Source of the DNA: Alphaproteobacteria bacterium | GTDB lineage: Bacteria > Pseudomonadota > Alphaproteobacteria > UBA8366 > CAVOAK01 | Assembly (NCBI GenBank): GCA_965217615.1 | Contig: CBDCIT010000047.1 | Span: 65,522 to 129,521, forward strand | Length of the DNA: 64,000 nt | Reading direction: 5' to 3' | Shown here: one piece after another, positions 31,368-40,801 of the stretch | Numbering within the stretch: position 1 is the first letter of the stretch | Layout: each line of letters opens with the position of its first letter | Program-made: the position numbers and the translations under genes | The notes under the pieces: model-generated | Database searches by the model: none | Told to the model about the DNA's origin: nothing | The model's input: the letters and a program-made list of their open reading frames with translations, nothing else

Positions 31368-32078
31368 CCTCTCGTAGCGTCGATGTATTGGCGTCAGGCG
31401 CCGGTCTAACGGCGGCGCCTCAATTCGAGCCGTTGCTAGAAGCGGTAGCCGTAACGCACGCCGAGCGTATCCAGCCCTTCGTTCGCTGAACATAAACTGG
31501 CATTGGAGATGTGATCGAGCATCACCGATAAATTGTGCGCGTCGGTGAGGCGATAACCGATCGCCAGGGACTCCCGGAAAAGGAGTTTGCAGCCGAGACT
31601 CTTGCGGTCATCGAGGATGGTCTCGTTCTCGCCGTCATGGTAGGCGCCACCTAGGCTTGCCTCCGCGAACAACTTGTCGAAGAAGTCCCAAGTCCAGGTG
31701 AGGCCGAGATAGGCCTGGTTCGTGCCATCCGAAGAGTTGACGGAGAATCCGGCGTGCGGCCGCGGTGACCAGATTGCGGACAGCAGGTCAGGTGATACGA
31801 ACATAAACTCGACGTTTACGTTGGCCCCGTCTTCTTCATTTCGGCCGAACGCGCCCACATCATGTGCCATCACCCCCAAACCGAAGCTCGGAAAGAATGC
31901 CATAGCCCATTTTCTTAGTGCGCCGTGGAAAGGTGTGTTTTCCTGGTGGGTGCGAACCCCACCCAACAATTGTCGCTTTCGGTTGGTAGCAGCCAGGGCG
32001 GCCTACGGAGGTAACGATGTAGACCGAAGCACTCTGGTGACAAAGGGCTGTGTTGAGCAGTTTAGCGACCATGCAGGC

Positions 32079-33993
32079 GTGTGCCAGGCTAACTGGCAGA
32101 GGATAGCCGGTGAGAGTCCGGTAGGGAGTAGAGGTTAACCACCACTCTCGCCCCGAGTCATGCGCCGGTCGTCGCGAGGCGGCAGGTGAAGCGTTGACAG
32201 GGGTGCGGATGGGCAGGGCAACGGAGCATCGAAAGGTTGCTTGTCTGGAGAGCCGAGACTGTGCCTGCGGTCGAAGGCAACACCGACATCACCGACATGG
32301 TGAGGGGATGTTGGGCTCCACGGGGTCGAAGAACCCATGCACGTTCGTACGTCCTCATTGCCGGGACCTGGGAGGTCTCCATTTTGCCCCGAAGTCGTAA
32401 CGGGGCCGCAAAGGAAAGGATGTATCCGTAACCGATGACGCACGGAATGGAGAAGTCGGATGAGGGAATAGTACCGATGAAAGCGACGAACAAGGGCGCG
32501 CAAGCGCCTGCGGAGTCGCCGGAGGGAAGTGCCTCAACCAAGGGGAATCCGCGAGATCAAAGCACGTGCCGGACGCAGTGTCGGGAAAGCGTGTCACAGG
32601 CGGTCGCGTGGATACGGCAGGCTGTAACGAGGAAACCGCAGGAGAAACTCACTGCGCTGCTACACCATGTCACGATAGATGCCCTGACGTGGGCGTTCTT
32701 CGAGTTGAAGAAGGACGCCTCGCCGGGGGTGGATGGGATGACGTGGGGAGAGTACGAGGAAGGGCTGGAAGAGCGGCTGCTCGACCTTCACGGACGCGTG
32801 CACTCGGGAGCGTATCGGGCGCGGCCATCCCGGCGGGTCGAAATACCCAAACCGGATGGCGGGACACGACCGCTCGGCATTGCCGCACTGGAAGACAAGA
32901 TTGTCCAGAAAGCGGTGGTGGAAGTTATCCTGACGCCAATTTACGAGCCGGATTTTCTCGGGTTCAGCTACGGGTTCCGACCGGGGCGTGGGGCGCACGA
33001 CGCGCTTGATGCTCTGGCCTTCGGGATAGAACGGCGCAAGGTCAACTGGATAGTGGACTGTGACATCCGCGGATTTTTCGACAATGTCTCTCGGGACTGG
33101 CTGGTCCGGTTTCTTGAGGATCGCATCGGAGACAAGCGGGTCATCAGGCTGATCGCCAAATGGCTGAATGCCGGCGTCATGGAAGATGGCGAGTGGCGGG
33201 ATAACTTGCGAGGAACGCCTCAGGGCGCGGTGGCTTCACCGATTCTCGCGAACATCTACCTGCACTACGTCCTCGACCTCTGGTTCCAGAAGAAATGGCG
33301 CACCCGTGTGGCCACGGGGGGCAACAATCATCGTGCGGTATGCCGATGACTTCGTGGTCGGGTTCCAACGCAAACAGGACGCGGAGCGGTTTCTCCCACG
33401 ATCTCAAGGAAAGGCTGGGCCAGTTTGAGCTTGAGCTGCATCCAGACAAGACCCGACTCATCGAGTTTGGCAGGTTCGCGATGGCGGACCGCCGGGCACG
33501 AGGGGAACGGCGACCGGAGACCTTCGAGTTCCTTGGATTCACGCACTATTGCCGGAAGAAGAGGAACGGGAAATTCGGACTGGGGCGCAAGCCGATAGCG
33601 AAGCGGGTCACGCGGACCCTGAATCGGATCAAAGGGGAGCTCCGTAGGCGGATGCACGAAGATGTCCACGAAACCGCGCGCTGGCTGGGTCAGGTGGTCA
33701 ATGGATGGCTGAACTATTTCGCCGTCCCGACCAGCAGCTCGGCCGCAAGGGGGTTTGTGCGGCGGCTCTCATGGATCTGGGTGAATGTCCTGCGAAGACG
33801 GTCACAGAAGGACCGGACCACGATCGCCGATATCGTGCGCATTGCCGCATTGCATTGGCCACCCGTCCAGGTTCGGCACCCTTGGCCGACGGTGCGTTTT
33901 GCCGTCAAACACCCGAGGTAGGAGCCCCGTGCCCCACCGGGCATGCGGGGATCTGAGCGGGGGGAGCGGGGTAACCCGCTTCCCTACCGCGAC
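32079..33993 (+). mobile_element. Inner group II intron
   Basis: 5' GTGTG; DV GGAGCCCCGTGCCCCACCGGGCATGCGGGGATCT; DVI ending CCCTACCGCGAC; candidate EBS1 GCCTGC (32263-32268) complementary to GCAGGC just 5' of 32079. Confidence 0.86.
32435..33921 (+). pseudogene. ltrA: Group II intron reverse transcriptase/maturase with two apparent +1 frameshifts
   Basis: IPKPDGGTRPLGI and GTPQG in frame A; RYADD in frame B; LHPDKTRL and the X domain in frame C. Shifts at G6 33316-33321 and CCC 33395-33397 may be sequencing errors. Confidence 0.85.
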
Positions 33994-34327
33994 CGGAATG
34001 TGATGTGAACACCGAGCAGGCCTCGAAACGGGCAATGCGGGAGCCGACCCTCCTGAGATTAGGGGAAGGCCGACGACGGATCGGGAAGAAAAGCGACAGA
34101 TGCACCGAACCGTTTCCGCCGGGGTAGGGGTGCCAGCATGCATGGAAGATGGAAGACGTAGCAACACGGGAAGCCCTATCGGTGGTGTGCACGCACCAAC
34201 CGGACCCCCGTGAGGGGCAGGCCGGGCAGGCCGGGTGGCGGACAGGTCCGTACGACTGAAGACGCCGGGTAATGCCGGTCGAGGAAAGGGGCCTGACTTC
34301 GAGAGGGAAACGGAAAGGGGACAAGGC

Positions 34328-35668
34328 ATGGCCACTGGCGCAAGCCTAACAGGGTCACGAAGTGTTCGGAAACTCCAGACTGTTTTGCATGCAAAAGCGA
34401 AGGAAGAACCTGAGCGTCGCTTTCACGCCTTGTGCGACAAGGTATGGCGGGAGGACTTTCTCATGGAGGCCTGGGCTATGGCACGCCGCAATGACGGCCA
34501 GCCCGGTGTTGACGGTGAGAGCTTCCAGGATATCGAGGAGCAGGGTATCGAGCGGTGGCTTGGGGAACTGTCGCGGGATCTGAAGGGTGGCACCTACACG
34601 CCGGAACCGGTGAGACAGGTGCTGATCCCGAAGAAGCAGCCCGGCGCATTCCGGCCTCTGGGTATACCGTGCATTCGGGACCGGGTGGCACAGACATCGG
34701 CCATGCTTGTGCTGGCGCCGATCTTTGAAGCCGACCTGCAACCGGAACAGTACGGTTACCGGCCGGAACGAAGCGCACAGGATGCGGTCAAACGCATTCA
34801 CCGGCTCCTGAACAAGGGGCACAACGAGGTTGTAGATGGCGATCTGTCCAACTACTTCGGCGAAATACCCCATGCCGAGTTGATCAAGAGCGTAGCGCGT
34901 CGCGTGAGCGACGGCAGGATGCTCGGGCTCATCAAGGCGTGGTTGGAGATGGCTGTCGAGGAGGATGACGGCAAGGGCGGCAAGCGCCGCACGAACCGGG
35001 CACGCAAGGAGCGCAAGGGCACCCCGCAGGGGTCTCCGCTTTCACCGCTGCTGAGCAATATCTACATGAGGCGTTTTATACTGGGCTGGAAGACGCTGGG
35101 CTTTGCCCGGCACTTCTGTGCGGAGATCGTTTCCTATGCAGATGACTTCTGTGTTCTCGGCAAGGCCCCGGCGGCAGACATGCTGCTGGCGGTTACCCGG
35201 CTCATGGAAGGGCTGAAGCTGACGGTCAACGAGCAGAAGACCCGATGCCTGCAATGCCCAAGGGAACCAATGGCGTTCCTCGGCTACCGGTTCGGATGGA
35301 ACTACCGCCGGAACGGAGGCGACGCCTATATCGGCAATCGACCGAGCAAGGTGAGCGTTCAGGGCATCTGCCGTAAAATCAGTGAGCAAACCGAACGACG
35401 CTATGGGCTGCAGGATCCTGAATGGATGGTCAGCAAGCTCAACCGGATGATATCCGGATGGGCGCAGTACTTCCAGTTAGGGCAGGTCAGCCCCGCCTAT
35501 GCGGCGGTCGATGCACACGCGACGAAGCGGCTGCGACAGTGGCTCTGTCGGAAGCACAAGGTCAGGAACGGAAAGTACGTGCGCTTTCCGGACGATCGAC
35601 TGTGGGAACACTATGGCCTTACCTGCCTTGCGCCGAGGACCAGGGGCTTTCCGTGGGCGAAGGCATGA
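34328..35668 (+). CDS. ltrA: Group II intron reverse transcriptase/maturase (intact, no endonuclease domain seen)
   Basis: RPLGIPCIRDRVAQ, YGYRP, GTPQGSPLSPLLSN, YADD, X domain GWAQYF. Confidence 0.93.
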   Translation: MATGASLTGSRSVRKLQTVLHAKAKEEPERRFHALCDKVWREDFLMEAWAMARRNDGQPGVDGESFQDIEEQGIERWLGELSRDLKGGTYTPEPVRQVLIPKKQPGAFRPLGIPCIRDRVAQTSAMLVLAPIFEADLQPEQYGYRPERSAQDAVKRIHRLLNKGHNEVVDGDLSNYFGEIPHAELIKSVARRVSDGRMLGLIKAWLEMAVEEDDGKGGKRRTNRARKERKGTPQGSPLSPLLSNIYMRRFILGWKTLGFARHFCAEIVSYADDFCVLGKAPAADMLLAVTRLMEGLKLTVNEQKTRCLQCPREPMAFLGYRFGWNYRRNGGDAYIGNRPSKVSVQGICRKISEQTERRYGLQDPEWMVSKLNRMISGWAQYFQLGQVSPAYAAVDAHATKRLRQWLCRKHKVRNGKYVRFPDDRLWEHYGLTCLAPRTRGFPWAKA

Positions 35669-36057
35669 TCTCGTCGGAAAGCCGGATGCCTGAGATAGGC
35701 ATGTCCGGTTTGATGAGCGGGGGTGAGTGAAACGTGGCTATGGTTGAGGCGGAGGCACCGGCACCTGGCGAAAGCCGTCGGCAAACAGCGACTCCCTTGA
35801 TCTACGGCAGGGCGCGCCTCCCCTCGACTCTACCTACTATCGGACAGGGCCAGTTGCAGAGTTGGCTGCGGCAGTCCATCGGCTTGCACTACACTCGCCG
35901 TTAGCGACAAGACCAGCGTCAACAGAAGCAACGTTGCTGCCGTTACCCTTGGCAATTGCTCAAACTATGATTGAGGGACTGGCGAAACGAGCAGGTCAAT
36001 CCCACCTCGGGAGGCTGGTCGGTCATGCGGCCTGGGAGTAGACAACTGAAATATCGT

Positions 36058-37302
36058 TTAAGAAGGCGACCCAGTTTGCTTTTGGTACCTCGTATCGACA
36101 TATTCGTCGATGATTTTTTTGAACTCATCGGCGATGTCTGAGCCGCGCAGCGTCGTCGTCCTCTCGCCGTCAATGAAGACGGGTGCCGCCGGATTCTCGC
36201 CGCTTCCGGGAAGGCTGATGCCGATATCTGCGTGCTTGCTTTCGCCCGGTCCGTTCACCACACATCCCATGACCGCCAACTGCATCTCCTCGACACCGAC
36301 ATAACGTTCGCGCCAGGCCGGCATGCTTGCGCGAACATAGTCTTGAATCTGCTCCGCCAGCTCTTGAAACAATGTGCTGGTCGTTCGCCCGCAGCCCGGA
36401 CACGACACAACCTGTGGCGTGAAGGAGCGTAAACCCATCGCCTGAAGGATCTCTTGCGCGACTGTCACCTCTGTGGTGCGGTCGCCGCCGGGCTCCGGCG
36501 TCAACGAGATGCGGATAGTGTCGCCAATCCCCTGCTGCAGCAGAACTGCCAACGCGGCAGTTGACCCAACGATTCCCTTCGATCCCATCCCTGCTTCGGT
36601 CAGGCCCAAATGAAGCGCATACTCACAGCGTGACGCGAGGTCGCTGTAAACAGCGATTAGGTCCTGAACCTTGCTGACCTTGCAGGACAGCAAAATCCGG
36701 TCGCGCGCCAGGCCCATTTGTTCGGCTTGCTCGGCGCTGCCGAGGGCGGACATCACAAGCGCCTCGCGTAACACTTCCTCAGCGCTCTTTGGATTCTTGC
36801 GCCGCGAATTTTCATCCATCATCGCGGTCTGGAGCGCTTCGTCGAGACTACCCCAGTTGACGCCGATACGGACCGGCTTCGCGTACTCGAGCGCCTGTTC
36901 GATCATTGTGGTGAAATGTAGGTCACGCTTTTCGCCACGGCCCAGTGTGCCCGGGTTGATGCGATACTTGTCGAGCGTTTTGGCGCACTCTGAAAACTCA
37001 GTCAGCAGCGTGTGACCGTTGAAGTGGAAGTCACCGACCAGGGGTACTTGGCAGCCCATCTTCTCCAATCGCGCGCGGATATGCGGCACCTGTCGCGCGG
37101 CATCACGTGAATTCACTGTGATCCGGACGAGTTCGGAGCCGGCCGAGGCAAGTGCCTCAACCTGTTGGGCCGTCGCTTCGGAGTCGGCCGTATCCGTATT
37201 TGTCATGGACTGCACGACGATCGGCTTGCCGCCGCCGATTTCAATGTCGCCGACTTTGACGCCGACGCTCTGACGGCGCGGGTTGGACGCGTCGCTAGTC
37301 AC
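36058..37302 (-). CDS. ispG: (E)-4-hydroxy-3-methylbut-2-enyl-diphosphate synthase
   Basis: [51 protein letters not shown] start chosen from the RBS. Confidence 0.96.
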   Translation of the reverse strand: MTSDASNPRRQSVGVKVGDIEIGGGKPIVVQSMTNTDTADSEATAQQVEALASAGSELVRITVNSRDAARQVPHIRARLEKMGCQVPLVGDFHFNGHTLLTEFSECAKTLDKYRINPGTLGRGEKRDLHFTTMIEQALEYAKPVRIGVNWGSLDEALQTAMMDENSRRKNPKSAEEVLREALVMSALGSAEQAEQMGLARDRILLSCKVSKVQDLIAVYSDLASRCEYALHLGLTEAGMGSKGIVGSTAALAVLLQQGIGDTIRISLTPEPGGDRTTEVTVAQEILQAMGLRSFTPQVVSCPGCGRTTSTLFQELAEQIQDYVRASMPAWRERYVGVEEMQLAVMGCVVNGPGESKHADIGISLPGSGENPAAPVFIDGERTTTLRGSDIADEFKKIIDEYVDTRYQKQTGSPS

Positions 37303-37555
37303 AAGCTGTTCCCTCACATTCGCGTGCATCGCGGACAGGTTTGCACCACTGTTCCAAACGGCTGCCGGGGTCGGCCCCCGCCAATGTCCTCCTCGCGCCG
37401 AATCCTCCCCAAATCCCAAGCGACTCGGTGCACAGCAAGTTACCATATTTTGGCGTGGATCACTATCGGCCAAGCCAAACTCAGTGGTCCAACGATACCT
37501 GGATCCTCTCGCACAAAGCGCACACTTAAAGAAACTTGTTGCACTTAAGTATTTA

Positions 37556-37573
37556 TCCACTTATATAAGTGGA
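37556..37573. promoter_or_regulatory. Perfect 18-bp palindrome, putative operator
   Basis: TCCACTTATATAAGTGGA in the AT-rich divergent intergenic region between ispG and the 37615 gene. Confidence 0.5.
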
Positions 37574-37614
37574 AAGTGATATGCTACGCTAAATGCTCAA
37601 GGAAGGAATTTGGT

Positions 37615-38019
37615 ATGCGTCACGTGAAGCTGACCCAAGATGTTTGGCAGAAAATCGCCGAGCAAGGGCAGTTCGGCGAAACCGAGGACGACGTTCTTCG
37701 CCGTGTGTTCGAGCTTCCGCCGGTAACTGTGGAAGAGCATAACAAGCGCCGCAGAGGCGGTGGTCATCGCGGACGGGGAAATACCCGCTACGCGACCCAG
37801 CGCATGTCGGCGCGCATCGAAGGAAAGCAGCTTGTTATTCGTTTCGAGGACGGTGCCAGCGAATCCTGGCGCCTGCCGCATGTGCGCGACAAGATCGCAA
37901 TTCGCGACATGCTGGAGAACGCAGTGAGGTTCGCGCTGGATCACGGTGCGACGGATCCCGGTCAAACAAACACGGTCCGAAAAGCGCTGACCGACGCCGG
38001 CTATCACCTGACCAAGTGA
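37615..38019 (+). CDS. Hypothetical protein with ribbon-helix-helix (SeqA-N-like) N-terminus
   Basis: RBS AAGGAAGGA; MRHVKLTQDVWQKIAEQGQFGETEDDVLRRVF fits the RHH pattern. Confidence 0.65.
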   Translation: MRHVKLTQDVWQKIAEQGQFGETEDDVLRRVFELPPVTVEEHNKRRRGGGHRGRGNTRYATQRMSARIEGKQLVIRFEDGASESWRLPHVRDKIAIRDMLENAVRFALDHGATDPGQTNTVRKALTDAGYHLTK

Positions 38020-38156
38020 TCGCCCGCCGATTTCACGAACACTCACAACGGCACGCAGCCATTCCGGCTCGCCGCGCGTTGTTGCAGGCGAACCAAGAGT
38101 CCAGATCGAAAACCGATCTTTGCCGGTTGCCGCAGGCCGTTTTTTTTGAAACAGAT

Positions 38157-38264
38157 ATGGAGATATGGACCAATATGGAAATCGTTATCGGTACCATTGT
38201 TGGCAGCATCGTCATCTGCGCTATCGCAGGTGGAATTGCCGCCTTCATTTTTCCCAACGCTTGA
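38157..38264 (+). CDS. Small single-TM hypothetical protein (35 aa)
   Basis: MEIWTNMEIVIGTIVGSIVICAIAGGIAAFIFPNA, one hydrophobic helix. Confidence 0.4.
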   Translation: MEIWTNMEIVIGTIVGSIVICAIAGGIAAFIFPNA

Positions 38265-38375
38265 CTAGTTGATAAACTTACTTGCCGCCACAATAGATGG
38301 TGCGCGGCTTGAATTGGGGTGGGGTAGGGCATGGTCCAAACTGGTAAGATGCCCGCCCCACCAGAGTTTCCAAAC

Positions 38376-38863
38376 ATGGCAGACAAAGGGCCCGCCAGAT
38401 ACCAGTTGGCGCAATTGAATGTCGGCCGCCTGCGCTATTCGCGTGATGCGCCGCAGATGCGCGGATAGCGCGAGGCCCTCGGTCCGCTGAGTCAGGTCGC
38501 GGACAGCTGGCCGGGATTTATCTGGATGCACGACGATGAGGAGACCATCGGCATCGCATGCGATCTGTTCGGAGCCGACATTGCCGCGAACCTATCGGTG
38601 TGGCGCGATGTTGAAAGTCTGCGCGGCTTCATGGAATGCCCGCAACATGCTGCGGTGATGAAACGGCGCAGCGAGTGGTTTGTGCCAATGACGGAGGCAA
38701 CGTTCGTGATGTGGTGAGTGCCTGCGAGGCATATTCCGGAATTCGCGGGCGCGCGGGAACGACTTATCACATTTCGCCGCGATGGCCGAGCGTGGCAGTG
38801 TTCGATCTCGACACGCTGTTTTCGCCTATCAACGGCGGAAAACTTTTTGTTTCTGATGGTTGA
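38376..38863 (+). pseudogene. DUF3291-family pseudogene
   Basis: YQLAQLNVGRL, PGFIW, NLSVWRDVESL, RRSEWF; in-frame TAG 38466 and TGA 38715, plus a frameshift near 38785. Confidence 0.78.
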
Positions 38864-38934
38864 CCCGGCTGCCGAATGGTCGACAAACTGTTGTCTAGTT
38901 CAAACCAAACCAATTTTAGGAGTCATCGAAGCTC

Positions 38935-39360
38935 ATGACTGCCATCAAAGTCGAACGCTTAGACCATGTGGTCTTAAGAGTTCAGAGCATTGAGAACATG
39001 CTGCCATTCTACCACGACGTGCTGGGCTTTGAACTGGCGCAGCGGCAAGAGGGCGGAAAGTTTGCGCAGTTGCGTGCGGGCACCGCGATCGTCGACATGC
39101 TGGAGCATCGCGGGACGCCAACCCGCGACCCGGAGTCGCCGGCCCGCAACAGCGAGCGCAATATGGATCATTTCGCGCTGCGGCTGGAATCGTTCGAGGA
39201 GGAGGAGTTGCGTCAGCATCTGGCCGGATTCGGGATCGACGCCGGCAAACTGTGGCGTAACGACGGGCCGGACGGGCACTACTCGTTCTACATTCACGAT
39301 CCCGAAGGCAATGAGGTCGAACTGAAGGGGTGGCCCAAGACGGCTAGCGGAGACGCCTAG
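38935..39360 (+). CDS. VOC/glyoxalase family protein
   Basis: LDHVVLRV, FYHDVLG, MDHFAL, DPEGNEVELK. Confidence 0.9.
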   Translation: MTAIKVERLDHVVLRVQSIENMLPFYHDVLGFELAQRQEGGKFAQLRAGTAIVDMLEHRGTPTRDPESPARNSERNMDHFALRLESFEEEELRQHLAGFGIDAGKLWRNDGPDGHYSFYIHDPEGNEVELKGWPKTASGDA

Positions 39361-39431
39361 TCCTGGCGCGGACTTGAATTGAGGGCCAGGACAAAGGGCG
39401 CCTCAACCAATTGGAAGATGCGTAAGGCAAG

Positions 39432-40628
39432 CTAGGCGTCGAATATCTTTTCGTAGGCGGCCTGGGTCTCTGCGCCGCCCTGATTGATCGGCATCTCATC
39501 CTGCTTTTCGCGGCCCCGCAGGCGAAAGGCGTATTCATACGGCATCAGCCCATATGGATCGGGCGCGCCGAGTGCCTTGGCGGCGTGCGCCGACCAATCG
39601 GCATTCCATAGGAATTCGCGCGCCAGCGCCACCAAATCGGCCTTTCCCAATCGCAGAATGTCTTCGGCCTGTTGGGGCTCGGTGATCCCGCCGACGGCCA
39701 TCGTCATGATTCCAGTCTCACGCTTGATGCGGTCGGCAAAAGCAGCCCGGACCTCCGCGGTGTATGGCACGACGGGCATGTCGGACTCCCCGTAGATGCC
39801 ACCTGAGGAACAGTCGATCAGGTCGATATCCCGGTCCTTGAGTTCTGCCGATAACGCGACGGTATCTTCAAGACTCCATTGCCCGCCTTCGCCATCGACC
39901 GCGGAGACTCGGAAGAAGAGCGGCTTGTCTGTCGGCCAAGCGGCGCGCACGGTTTCGGCCGCTTCGAGGGCGAACCGCATGCGGCCCGCGCGGTCGCCGC
40001 CATAGGCGTCGTTCCGCCGATTGCTGATGGGGGAGAGAAACTGATGGATCAGGTAGCCGTGGGCGCCATGTATCTCAATGATGTCAAATCCGGCGTCGAC
40101 GCTACGTTGCGTCGCTTCGCGCCATGATTTCATCATGGCCTTGATATCGTCTAAATCCAGGACTCTGGGCAAGAAGTGCCGCGCGATCTGGCTTGGCGAA
40201 CTTGGCGTCACTCCTTGCCAGGGCGGCGAGCCCTTCTTGGCGTCGACGTCGGTCAGTGGTTCAAAGTTGCGGTCCGGATGATGGCAAGCTGCCAGCCGCC
40301 CTGAGTGCCCTAACTGAATTGCTGGAACCGCGCCGTAGCTGCGGATCAAGTCGGTCACACGTCGGTAGCGCGGCACATGACGATCGTCCCAAATTCCGGC
40401 GCAGCTATAGGTCTTCCGCCCGATCGCTTCGATCGCAGTTTCTTCGCCGAAGATAATGCCGGCGCCGCCGACCGCGAGGCGGCCGAGATGTGCCATTTGC
40501 CATTCCTGAGGTGCGCCGTCGTCGGAGTGATACTGACACATTGGCGATACGACGATCCGGTTCTTGGACGTCACGCCGCGGATTGTTATCGGTGTGAACA
40601 ACAGCGGCAGAGCTTTGTCAGTCGACAT
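39432..40628 (-). CDS. NADH:flavin oxidoreductase (Old Yellow Enzyme, YqjM/NamA-like)
   Basis: NRIVVSPMCQY, EIHGAHGYLIHQFLSP, NRRNDAYGG. Confidence 0.93.
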   Translation of the reverse strand: MSTDKALPLLFTPITIRGVTSKNRIVVSPMCQYHSDDGAPQEWQMAHLGRLAVGGAGIIFGEETAIEAIGRKTYSCAGIWDDRHVPRYRRVTDLIRSYGAVPAIQLGHSGRLAACHHPDRNFEPLTDVDAKKGSPPWQGVTPSSPSQIARHFLPRVLDLDDIKAMMKSWREATQRSVDAGFDIIEIHGAHGYLIHQFLSPISNRRNDAYGGDRAGRMRFALEAAETVRAAWPTDKPLFFRVSAVDGEGGQWSLEDTVALSAELKDRDIDLIDCSSGGIYGESDMPVVPYTAEVRAAFADRIKRETGIMTMAVGGITEPQQAEDILRLGKADLVALAREFLWNADWSAHAAKALGAPDPYGLMPYEYAFRLRGREKQDEMPINQGGAETQAAYEKIFDA

Positions 40629-40801
40629 GGCTGAATCCTTTTAACCTGCAGAGTCGAAGGCGATTTGCGCGATGCCGCGATTTGCTTTCGAATGGTCTGT
40701 CATCGGTCGGTGCGGTGCTCAGTTTGGCAATCGTCAGCTTATACAAAATTCGTCTGTTCTAACCAATTCTCAGGCAAACTTTCCTTTGGGCCGAGGCTTG
40801 A

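Larger units (their letters stand above)
31918..35833 (+). mobile_element. Outer group II intron (IIB-like), domain I interrupted by a second intron
   Basis: 5' GTGCG; DV GAAAGCCGGATGCCTGAGATAGGCATGTCCGGTTT after the RT stop; ends CTCGACTCTAC; excision restores the host reading frame at the junction. Confidence 0.88.
31436..35955 (-). pseudogene. Acyloxyacyl hydrolase / PagL-like outer-membrane protein split by nested group II introns
   Basis: 3' part ends LFRESLAIG...DHISNASLC..NEGLDTLGVRYGYRF. 5' part 35955-35834 encodes a signal peptide and joins in frame to 31917 (..SDSSKKMGYGILSELRFG). There is an extra +1 base in the C5 run at 31873-31877. Confidence 0.82.

Noticed and set aside
31918..31969. 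Start of the 177-aa ORF 31436-31969 as the true PagL-like N-terminus
   Set aside because: This part lies within intron sequence; the signal peptide is at 35834-35955.
32435..35668. RT pair as a retron, DGR or defence RT system
   Set aside because: Each RT has a maturase X domain and is followed by group II DV/DVI; no template/variable repeat pair or msr-msd was seen.
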